A stretch of DNA of 64,000 nucleotides from Ptychomitrium polyphyllum (Eukaryota). Both the position numbers and the translations under genes were made by a program. The stretch covers positions 15,190,001-15,254,000 of the forward strand of contig OZ316776.1 in assembly GCA_973851085.1 (NCBI GenBank). Direction: 5' to 3'. The notes under the pieces are model-generated. The model saw only the letters and a list, made by a program, of their open reading frames with translations, ran no database searches and was not told the origin of the DNA. Shown piece by piece: positions 42,101-53,135 of this stretch. Within the stretch, counting starts at the first letter, position 1. Each line of letters opens with the position of its first letter.

Positions 42101-43045
42101 AAGTTGGGGTTTCGTCTCGGGGATCGAATGTAGTAGAGTGAGGATTTTGACCCCATGGGAAGGCGTGTGGTCGAAAGGTCATGTTGTTTGCGCTTGTTGA
42201 GAGCGCATACTGCTCGTGAGGGTTGGTCGAGGACGGGATTTCCCTCAGGGTCTTGGTTTGTTTGGGGTGAGCGACCGCTCTTGCGCTTCTTTTTGCATCT
42301 ATTCCATCTATGTGCGTTTGATGTTGTTGTCCCCTTCCCGAGGGCATCGTGCCCGCCTTCCGGTTTTGGAGTCGTCGTTGAGGTTGTTGAAGTTTTCTCC
42401 CCATGGTGGAGATCGTATTCCCAATCTGCGGATACCACGACAGAGTTTAGTGAAAGAGTTATCACGGGGTTGTTACTTCGTCCCCCTCCTGTTCGTCAGT
42501 TGAAAAACATTAATGGATTGAAACTTATATGCTCTTGGGATCATGAGCAATGAGATCGAATAGGGTTCAAGTGCTTGTCAGACACGTCCATTAGGGACTC
42601 TGATGTGTGGTTCTCTGGTCTCTAATTATGAGATGCTGAGGAAGATGCTGTCTCAGAGAGAGAGCGAGAGAGAGCGAGAGAGAGCGCGCACTATAGAAAC
42701 TCTTGTTATATTCTCTATCGAATTCACGCTTGTTGCATTCGACCTCGGACTTTGAGGTACTTGGGGCAAGAGTTTGGGTTTGGGCTCATCTGCAAAGGTG
42801 ATGGATTCGTATTCTAGGGTTTGCAGCTGTAGCGGTCGTGTGTTTCCCAAGAGGAAGAGAAATCAGTGGTGTAAGGTAAGCACTCCAGTGTGTCGGCGAT
42901 GGGTTCAGTCACGTCGCGAGACCTGCTGGTGTGGTAGCATGAGGAGGATGACTACAATGGTTTGTGGATTCAGGGGAGTGACATGTGATGGTGGACGATG
43001 TGTGGTGTGGCCAGGTTACGGAGTAGAGTCACAGAGGTGCCGGCT

Positions 43046-46000
43046 ATGGAGCCTACCAGGCGGACGATGTCGGGTGGGTATGCTAACAACCCACCCCCGG
43101 GAATGGGTATGCACAACAGAGGGGGAGGGACGCAAGGGACGCAGCAGGAATGGGCGGTGAACAACCAGATAAACCGGGGTGAGGATTGGGCACGAGGAAG
43201 TCCTCGTAGTGGGCCACAGAATAATAATTCCGAAAACTGGGGGGTAGGTGCGGTAGGGGAGGGGCGGCCTTCCAGTTATTCATCATATTCGTGGAGTATG
43301 TCGAACGAGAGGGGTGATATAAGACTATCGTCCTCTCCACACGTCAATGGCAACTTGGACAATTCGGATTCAGTTAGGGGGGGTGATGCAAATAGCTTCT
43401 CGACATCTTTTCCAGCACTTTTCGACAAACGTAAATCAGCGCAACTCTTAACTCTTCTTTCTTTTGTTTGTTGTTTTTTTGTTTTTTTTGCACGTATGCT
43501 TAGCTGGAGTAGATGACAAGTAGTCATGCTCTAGGTGTGTACCGCTCGCTGTTTGGGTCTTATTCCTTTTACATGCGTATCTTTTCCTTAGTATGGTATA
43601 GGTAACCCCTTCTCTTTTTGATTAGAAGATTCAGTTCTATTACCTGTTTTGAGGTGTAGGTTGTCGTCCCAGCTCCTATATTTTTGATCAATACGGTCAT
43701 TTGGTTCTGGAAGATGTTATTTCTGAGAATCTGGGGGTTCAAGCTGAGAAACGTCTGAAGTTGCGGGATTTGGTTCTGTTTATTTTGCAGTGCGATTGTC
43801 AGAGTCGGAAAGCCGCGTGGTTCAACAATTAGAACAATCCGCCGCTGTGCAGTTGATCACTGACCTCGACCCGGACGAAACATATGGCTCCTTGGAGGAA
43901 TTGGAGTTTCACACAATTGGAAACCTTCTCCCAGACGATGAAGAAGACCTTTTAGCTGGCGTCGCAGATGATTATGATGTTCCTCAAAACAGGAGGGATG
44001 AAACTGCCACCGAAGAACTGGATGAGTTTGATCTTTTTAGTTCTGGAGGTGGCATGGAGTTAGAGGGTGATTCGCAAGATGCTTTGGGCGTCTACATGAG
44101 TAAATACCGCGCTGAAAATGGTTTGACTGGAGGGGCTCCGGGACAGCAAGCTGGGGCTGCAGGATCTGTTGCTGGTGAGCATCCATATGGGGAGCACCCA
44201 TCGAGGACGCTCTTCGTTCGAAATATCAACTCGAATGTAGAAGATACAGAGCTGAGAGCACTTTTTGAGGTATGACTTATAATGTCTTAATTTGCGAGCT
44301 GTCACTGTTCGTGCTCGATATGCAGTTCCTCGCTTAATTATTTCCTGAGTCTACTTATTGCTTGCTTATGAGACTTTTTGCTGGAAGATTTGGCATTTTC
44401 TCTTTGTAATTGGGCAATGCCACGTCGCTCTTGTAGTACAATCAAATGTTTGAATATACACAGCTCTCCTTGGTATGTTCCGTAGGTTTGGGATATTTGG
44501 TCATAGTGGTGTATCAAGTTAGTGGTAGTTGTGGTATGAGCTGTTTCTATTTTTGAAACTGTTTTTTTTGTTTTTCGTTTTTTGTTTTTTTGACTATCTT
44601 GTAGCAATATGGAGCGATCCGCACCCTGTACACTGCATGCAAGCACCGGGGTTTTGTTATGATATCATATTATGACATCAGGGCAGCACGAAGTGCAATG
44701 CGAGCTCTGCAGAACAAACCGCTAAGGCGGCGCAAGTTGGATATCCATTTTTCGATTCCTAAGGTATTGTATTTTTATTAAAGTATGAAGAGCGAATCGT
44801 TAGTGATTTGTACTTCAAAGGATTGTTTGCTTGAATTATTCATGCTTTGTTTTCGCAGGTTGTATCATAAGTAGAATTTGCAAATTTATAATGATGTCCA
44901 AGCTGGTGATGGCCACTCAGTTCTTAATCCTTAACTTGTTGTAATAAGTGATCTAAAATTTCGAATGTTAATACATGATTCAGGATAATCCATCAGACAA
45001 GGATGTGAACCAGGGAACTCTCGTTGTATTTAATTTGGATGCATCAGTCTCTAACGATGACCTTCGTCATATTTTTGGAGTTTATGGCGAGGTGAAAGAG
45101 GTCAGTGGAATTCTGGAGAGGTTATGGACCTCAGTTTTTGAAACCTTGCACTTGAAATTATTGCTCGAGTTTCTTCGCTCAAATAGGCGTGAATTGTCTA
45201 TTTCTGCTTAGTAGATCCTATCATCACTGCAGAAGCAGAGCGATTTTATGGTGTGATTGTTTAACGCCGTTTCAATGCGCCGAACAGATCCGTGAAACGC
45301 CTCACAAGCGTCATCATAAGTTCATTGAGTATTATGACGTGCGAGCAGCTGAAGCTGCATTGCGATCCTTGAACAGAAGCGATATAGCTGGTAAGCGTAT
45401 CAAGCTGGAGCCCAGCCGACCAGGTGGAGCGCGACGGAGGTTAGCCCCTCCTTGATTTGTAGCTGTATTGACCTTTTTTTCGATCTTAGTCTTTTATTCC
45501 AGTAAGTCAGTATGTTACAATGAGATGGACTTCACAGTAATCTAGGCAATCGGTGTACTATAAGTAGGTTTATCAATTACCGAATATTAAAAAGTATGAG
45601 CTGTTTATTTGCATCTGATTCTTTGTTACTGTCACAAGCATTCTTTGGGCTGAATTCGCATGTAATTTTCCTATTAGTTTTCTTATTTGTTTGCTTGGTG
45701 GATGTTGCAGCAGCCTGCTACAACAACTTAATCAAGACTCTGGGGATGATGATCTCCGGTCTCGGCAGCAGTCCCATTCACCATTAAATAGCTCACCCCC
45801 AGGTGATTATCTAGTGTATTCCCTACCCGAATTCTTTTATTAGAGTGCTTTATTTATATTTGTGTGTTAAACATCATAATGCTACAGTATTTTTTGTGGA
45901 TTATTATAATGTCGAATATCCTAGTTCTTGAACGGTTTTGGCCACTTCAGCTTACGCTTTCACATATTTAAGGTGGTGGTTGTGTGACTTTGTCTAGGGC

Positions 46001-48544
46001 ATCCTTCAGCGTGGAATGCAGGTGTTGAAAACGGATCACTTCGAGGAATACATCAATCGCTACCTCATGGAAATTTTCAGCTACCAAGCAAGTCACTGAA
46101 TGGTGCAAGCTTGCCGCCACACATGTCCCAACCTATCAGAGTGGGTACTATTGGAAGTCATGTGGCGCAAGTAAACCAGATGGAAGCAGGTCATTCCTTG
46201 GGGCACATGGGTTTAAGTAGTCATCGTTTACCTCCTCACCCGCACTCCCTTCCAGAGTTCGGTCATGGTCTTATTAATCCTGGGCACCTTACATCTCCTG
46301 GGTCAGGCACATCTGTCTCTAATACAGCTGTTATGAGGGCTCGCGAGGCCCGTGAGGCCCGTGACAATATGGAAGGTGGTAGTCGTTTACAACGGACAAC
46401 TAGTGGGACTGGAAGCTTCAGTGACACTTCAGCTTTCGAGCATGCAAGTGCAGGTTTGATTTTTTAAACAAGACTTTGGTATCCAAAAGTCTAATGCAGC
46501 TGTTATGGTATCCAAAAGTCTAGTTTTGTCGACAAGATTTTGTTTTATGTGTAATTTATGCTTCGTTACTTCTACAAATGGGAAGCTATGACTGTCAGAT
46601 TTCGCAGAATCTTTCACGCTAGTTTGAATTTTGTATTAAGGTTTTGCAAATGGAGGGTGCCGCATTTTCATGTTTCTGATAGGTTTGCTGTGTTTTTTTT
46701 CGAATCTTTTTTTAGGTTGAAATTTTAATATTGCATTTTAATTACTCCCTCTACTTTTCTGGCACAGGTGAGCTTCTCTTTCCAAATTCAAATGGGAGCA
46801 GTTCCCTTTCTGGGCATCAGTTCAATCTGTGGGGAACCCCAACTTCTTCATTTTCCCATATACCTCAGAGTTCGCCTCCAATGCTTTGGTCGAACTCTTC
46901 GTCTGTGGGTCCATCATTCAACGCAATTGGACAAGCTCAACTGCAGTCACACGCCTTTGCTGGATCCCATAGTAATCTGTTGCCTATATCACGTCACCAT
47001 GTCGGTTCAGCCCCATCAGCAGAACCTTCGCTTCTAGAGAGACGCCATAGCTACATTGGAGGCGAGTCGTTGGTGGAGGCTTCCTCACTCTTGAGGTCTT
47101 CATCAGGAACTGGTTTGGGTGGAAATGCAGCTCATGCCATCAACATTGGGGGAAATCATGGTTTGATGAATCTGAGTGGTTCTATGGGAGGCAGTTCCGG
47201 TTTAGAACATTCATCAGGCTCATCTTTGAATCTGGGAATGATGTCGCCTCAACACCGTGCACGTTTTCTCCAAAACGGAAGTCTTCTTGTATCAAATAGT
47301 ATTGATAGTCTGACAGACCGGGGTCGAAGTCGCAGGGGTGACAGTATATCTGCTCAAGCTGATAAGAAGCAATTTCAGCTCGATCTTGACCGTATCATGC
47401 GTGGGGAGGATCCCCGAACAACGTTGATGATTAAGAATATTCCAAATAAGTAAGTCAGATTCTTATTTGATACGATGACCTGATAATATAGTCTTTATGT
47501 ATATTTGACAGAGGAACCTGGGAGGTTTATGCGAGTGTTTAATAATGTCTTCTGCAGTGTAGAGTCTTTCACGATTTTGCCTTGTTCGCTGAACCGACTT
47601 GATCTTGGCATTTAGGTACACCTCCAAAATGCTCCTTGCTGCAATCGATGAGAATCATCGGGGCACATACGACTTCATCTACCTTCCCATTGATTTCAAG
47701 GTACATTGCTTAGTATCTACTGTGTCATATCCATATCTCCACACGTTTTGGCCAGCTCCTATGCTAGTAACGTTTTGCTTTCAGGATCATTGTATTGCTG
47801 TTTCTGGTAAATTCTCTTCTATTACCTACAAAGATGTGGTAGTGTATGGTGCGGTATTGATGAACCCAGATGAATTTCGAAGTCTGGAGCTATCCTTGGA
47901 ATGTGTTTCTTAGTTTTTTCAAGTTTCCTCACTGGTTTGCCGTGTATGTGCAGAACAAGTGCAATGTCGGGTATGCTTTTATCAACATGACAGCACCGGC
48001 TCGGATTGTGCCTTTTTACAAGGCTTTCAACGGGAAGAAATGGGAGAAGTTCAATTCAGAGAAGGTGGCCTCTCTGGCTTATGCGCGAATTCAAGGAAAA
48101 GCTGCCCTTGTTGCTCACTTTCAGAATTCGAGTCTTATGAACGAAGATAAACGATGCCGCCCGATCTTATTCCATTCTGAGGGGCCGCATGTTGGAGACC
48201 AGGTAGACTAAAATTAAGTTTTGCAAAGTCACTTTAGTTCTTTGTTTCGGAATACTGGAAACAAAGAGGTATTCTGTGTCCTGCGTGTTGGTTTCCTGGT
48301 CGGGCCTTTTATTATTTGATATTTTGAGAATTTTTGAGTTGTAGATACCACTAGGATCAGCCTACTCTTCAATCAGGAAACTCCGTTGTGAAATTGCTCC
48401 GTTTCACAGGGAAGATATTTTCAGCTTGGAGTTCCGGAACACTTATTTAATTCAGAATTGTAGATACCATTAGCATCAAGCTTACTGTCGATCCAAAACC
48501 ACCATTGTGTAAGGTTCCGACTCCAACGGGGAAGACGCTCTTAA
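43046..48544 (+). CDS. AML: MEI2-like (AML clade) RNA-binding protein with three RRMs. Exons ~43046-43430, 43791-44269, 44605-44763, 44984-45100, 45288-45439, 45711/45714-45802, ~45998-46453, ~46769-47449, ~47616-47700, 47954-48202. The last exon is uncertain (48345-48473 or 48464-48544).
   Basis: Shows IGNLLPDDEEDLL, DLFSSGGGMELE, RRM1 (GEHPYGEHPSRTLFVRNINSNVED..HRGFVMISYYDIRAA), RRM2 (NQGTLVVFNLD..IRETPHKRHHKFIEYYDVRAAEAAL) and the Mei2 RRM3 (RTTLMIKNIPNKYT..YDFIYLPIDFKNKCNVGYAFINM..WEKFNSEKVASLAYARIQG). The start ATG is inferred. Confidence 0.96.
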
Positions 48545-51500
48545 CATGGAGCATCTGAACCAGTTTGATGCTCTCAAGCCTAGGGCCTGCAGTGGTGGTC
48601 CAGGTTCGGTTGTAGTGCTGTGCTTGAGAGTTTTGTGAGTTCTTGGTTAATAGTTTTCCACGGCAAAGTGGTTTTGACATGGTTATATCTTTCTTTATTT
48701 AGATGTAGCCTGGCGGCATTAAAAGCACAAATGAAAGAGTTTGTGTGGTATTTATCTGAGAAAGCTAAATTGCAAGTGTCTTTGGAAGTTATAACAGTTT
48801 TTAGAACTAGGCTAGTTTGCCTTTGCTTGCTACTCTAATAAATTTCTTAGTCTCTACGCATTGCAAGGAGGTTTCTATTGCGGACATGTGCACTCCCTTT
48901 CACCTGGCACTGATGCCGCAGCTCTATGGAAACGGTGTGCAGTGTCCTGTCTCTGCAGAAGTGATTTTCATAGAAATGATTCAGGCTTGCAGCCTTTCCG
49001 TGACTTTTCTACGTGTGAATGTATCCTCAGGAATGCCCTTAGATGTTATCAATCGAAACCAGTTGCCTTGACGCATTGGTGCTGGCAACATACAGCGTGA
49101 CACTAGCGTGAAATTAAGACAATTCTCGCATGAGTACCGATGCAAGTTGGAGGGGTCGTATGAAAGACTTGGTGGAAGTGAATGAAGGCATTTGATCAGA
49201 AATTGGGCAAGTTAAACTAAGAAACGAGGATTTTTCGTAGAAACTGACCTTCTAATGTATGTCTTAGGCACAACTTTGACCCCCTGTGCAAGAGAGCTCA
49301 TCTACTGGCACACAGCAGAGCACCTAGCGTGCGGCAGTAATGCTACAATTTTGTTCTAGAGATTCGGGAAGCATAATGGAGGTTGAGCGACAGGAGAAGC
49401 TATTCTGCTGTGAAATTTGGGTGATGGAAATATACCAAATTGTGTTCAGTTGATGAGCAGTTCTCAAGCTCCTGCTAAGGGCGCGTTGTCATGGAGGCAT
49501 CGGACCAGTTAGAGAGGGCTGGTGAGATGGTTAGGAGAGCAGATCGAAGAGTAAAAGGCTGACGAAAATGGCCATATGCTGATGAATCAAGAACTTCGTT
49601 GGTCTGATCAGGACTGAGTTTTCGTTTGGGTAGGAATGGATGGTCAGAGTTTTGATCCACAGCTTGGATGCGTGAAGATTTGTTTGGGAGGTATACAGCG
49701 AGTTGTGTAGGTGGAGGCTGGGAAGGTAAGGTGGGACCTGAGTTCCATGGGTTTCCAATTGTGGAATCCGTGCAAGCGTACAGGGGTGACAATTGAATAT
49801 GCAGAATAGTTCTTTGGCAGGTGACATTAACAGTTACCTGCAGGGACGTTTGGGGCGGACAGAGCCGAACAGTTCTTTGGCAGGTGAGTCGATTGGAATC
49901 TGTAGAAGTCTTTTTGTTTGTGTTACTATATTCAGCATGGGCTCCATAATCAGTCTCAAAAGGAACAAACATTCCTTGACTATTCATAATGCTATAGTCC
50001 CACCACCAGGTACTAGGTGTGGAAAATCCCTGCGTAGTAATAACTGATTCAACGTTCACATCACTGTCAAAATCAAAATGATGACGTATCATTCTGCATG
50101 TCGCAGTTGAGTTCACAACGGGCTGCTGAGAAATGAGCCACTTTGTCTGTAGGCCTTGGCATTGGGCAGTTTCCTCATTTCGCATAGAGCTTCTCACCCC
50201 TGCCCTTGCCTAATTGAAAGAATGTTATCTTAGGTATTCCTCTCATTGTGTACCCCGCTTTGCTTGGCTTCCATTTTTGCGTTGGTGTGATGAGGAGTTG
50301 GTCGTGTGATAGCGACCTGAATTTATTGCAGTGCAGTGTCGTGTTCAGGCTTTCCTAGCCGTTGACACTCTGCTGAAGTCAGAACGGTTCCTGCAGGTTC
50401 AGGGTCATGCATGTGAGAATGTGTCAGTTTGTTGATCAGCCCAGAGGTTTGAATAGCCTTCTGTCACCATACACTGACCTTTTGGAACTTTCATTTGGAA
50501 AATGCTGTAAACCCGGGGGTTGGTGCTAAGCACCGATGCTGGCATTACAAGCAGGAGTGAGCTGTTTAGAAACGAGGAGAAAATGATGTCATTACGGTTT
50601 CTAGCTTCAACACAGAGAGCCTCGGTTTAAGAGGGAGTTTCCATATATTTTGTAAAGTTTTGCTCTGCATTCCAACTAACAACAAACTTGTTTCAAATAT
50701 ATTTCGTTTCCCCAATTTCAAGCAATCAGTATGATTATATAGGGGGTTATCTACACAAGAAAAAAGAACTATTTACAGTATATTAGTTTGAAAGAGAATC
50801 CTAGGAATATTGAAGCCTCTTTTTAAAAAAAGATCCAAGGCATGAAATTTTGATTACTTCAATAATGGTCATAACCTTGTAAACTTGACTTCTGTAACAT
50901 TCATTAATCCAACCCACCAATATCTCCTGGCCAACCAGAATCCCCAAAAGTATTGAAGTGAAGCGCTTAAAATGAAGTACTCCTCTACAAGAACAATAAC
51001 TACTCTGGCACTCGTTTATAAATTACCTCAATCTGGATCAGGTATGCCCCCATCATTTGCACCCAAGTTGTGTAACAATGCCGTTCCCAGTTACTCCATC
51101 ATCAAGTATTTTCCCGTTTTTCATACGTAGAATTCTCCGATGACGTCACCTTTCCTCCTTCGGATGAAACTACTAACGTGCCATGCAGAAACGACGTAGA
51201 ATCTACAAAATCTACAACTACGGTTTCAAAGTTTGCCGCAAACACTTCGTACCACAAACTCGATGAAAGGTCTATAACCGAAAACCGTCACCGTACCCAA
51301 AGTCATAATATCTTCCTGAGGCGTACATTACACTTCATAGAGCTTACAAGAGCAGAAATGATGTCGGTTTCAGACATACGGAGTGTCCGTCGCTGGGACG
51401 TGATTCCAGCATCATCTTCATCGGTCGTAGTTTGTGGGAAGTGGTGTGTGCGCTTCCGGCAGATAAGGTGGAATGGTTTGCGCGCGGGGAGGCATGCACC

Positions 51501-52166
51501 CCAGAGACTCACAATGACCCTGCAATGATTGCACTGCTCCCCAGCCAGCAAGAGAGGCGCCAAAGTGGGCGCTCTGCCAAGGCGGAAGTTTAGAACAGAC
51601 TGCGGCGGACAGTCTGGACTGCGCCACCAGGCTGGCTATGTGGCGTGCATGCCTGTCGCTGCCAGAACGCAGGCAGAGTTCTCCCGCTTGCATCCACAAT
51701 CGCGCCCGTGACCCAAGCCGCTCGCAATCCGGACACGGAACCGAAACTACACTCGCAATCCTTACGACAGTCCCTGCTGATCATCACGTAGGCACCGAGT
51801 CCATGGCCGTTTGGTTGCGCAGTAGAGGAGCCTCCACTGCGGATGCCCAGCATCGGCAACAGCGAAAGGACACTGCGCGGTGCTCCAAACTCTCTCTTTT
51901 TCGCGTTTAATTCGCTTGCAGATCCCATGTATCTGGAGAGTCCAGTTCAGGCTCGGAGCCACTAAGAGTTGCAACGTTAGCGCACCTGCAGGCGCTAATG
52001 TGCTCTAGATGCCGGGGGTGGGAGGAAAGATGTGACCTTGGCGCAGCAGCTCAGTAGCGGCTTCTGTGAGGCTGTGGTATTAGAGGAGATGAGGCTCCGT
52101 GCCTTCGATGGGAATGTGGGGATATGGTCGAGGGAGCATTGGGACGTTAGTAAGGCGAGAGGGGCG

Positions 52167-53135
52167 ATGGTGAGGAGGATAGAAGCTCCGGAGGATCGAG
52201 TGAGGTTTTGGGTGGTTGCGGCAGTGTTGGTGACGTTCTGTTTGAGCTTGCAGCCATCGGGAGTGGGAGCTCAGGAGTATGCGAACCGCAGCTTTCCGTC
52301 AGTATTGGCAAGCGGCGCCAACATAAGCTCCTATCAGCAGACAATCCAGCAAGCGGCGTACTCTGCGTTTGCTAGGTTGAATCCCAATACGGGGATCACA
52401 TTCTTCTCTAATCTCACAGGGGACCTGGCAAACGTGACCGTGGAGGCTGTTCGATTGCGGGCGGGCAGTCTGCGGCGGCACGGAGCGACGCTCGGGAGGT
52501 TCACGATCCCGCCGGGCGTACGGGTGGCGAATGTGTCGTCCGTGAGGGTGATGCTGGTGTACAGAGACTTCGGCAATGTGTCCGTGTACTCTGCGTCGGT
52601 GCCGGGGCAGGTGTTCGTGAGCTCGCTGGCTGGGATAAGGGTGTACAACAGCGACAGCGTGAGCAGCACAGCTCCGCTGCCTGCGCTGGCTGCCATCACG
52701 CTGGAGAATCCGATACAGGTGATCATTCCGCCGAACGCGCAGCCATCGTACTGCGTTGAGTTCTACGGGAATGGGACCGTGTTGGCGACGAGTGTAAGCG
52801 CGAGCAACGGGAGCTCGTCGACGTACGCGTGCTTTTCGAGGAGCCTGGGCGACAGCTACTTCGCGTTGGTTGGGCTGCCACTGCCGGGGAAGAAGTCGAA
52901 CCGGTGGAAGATCATACTGGGAACCGTGCTGGGGGTGGTGGGTTTTATCGTGTTGCTGCTGCTGGCGATCTTGTGCTGTCGGCGGCGTCTGCGGAAACGG
53001 AAGATGGAGAAGATGCAGTCGCAGGTGGACAGAGGAGAGACGCTGCAGCCGACTGTGGTGGGCAGCAGCAGGGCTCCGATGGCGTCGCAGACGAGGACGC
53101 GGCCGACGCTGGAGAGAGACTTCAATGTGTCGTAG
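52167..53135 (+). CDS. DUF1191-family single-pass membrane protein, copy A (intronless CDS)
   Basis: Signal-peptide-like N-terminus; family-typical motifs Q..AY.AF...P.TG, AVRLRAGSLRR.G, F.IPPGV and VMLVYRDFGN; transmembrane segment WKIILGTVLGVVGFIVLLLLAILCC; tail GETL..VG.SRAP.A..TRTRP.LE. The start at ATG 52167 is inferred; the ORF is open from 52032. Confidence 0.88.
   Translation: MVRRIEAPEDRVRFWVVAAVLVTFCLSLQPSGVGAQEYANRSFPSVLASGANISSYQQTIQQAAYSAFARLNPNTGITFFSNLTGDLANVTVEAVRLRAGSLRRHGATLGRFTIPPGVRVANVSSVRVMLVYRDFGNVSVYSASVPGQVFVSSLAGIRVYNSDSVSSTAPLPALAAITLENPIQVIIPPNAQPSYCVEFYGNGTVLATSVSASNGSSSTYACFSRSLGDSYFALVGLPLPGKKSNRWKIILGTVLGVVGFIVLLLLAILCCRRRLRKRKMEKMQSQVDRGETLQPTVVGSSRAPMASQTRTRPTLERDFNVS

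Noticed and set aside
40181..42553. Many overlapping Pro/Arg/Thr/Asp-rich ORFs
   Set aside because: Explained by GC-rich low-complexity and microsatellite sequence; no domain is recognisable.
46478..46524. TGGTATCCAAAAGTCTA direct repeat in a MEI2-like intron
   Set aside because: A two-copy local slippage duplication; not a U12 splice signal at an exon boundary.
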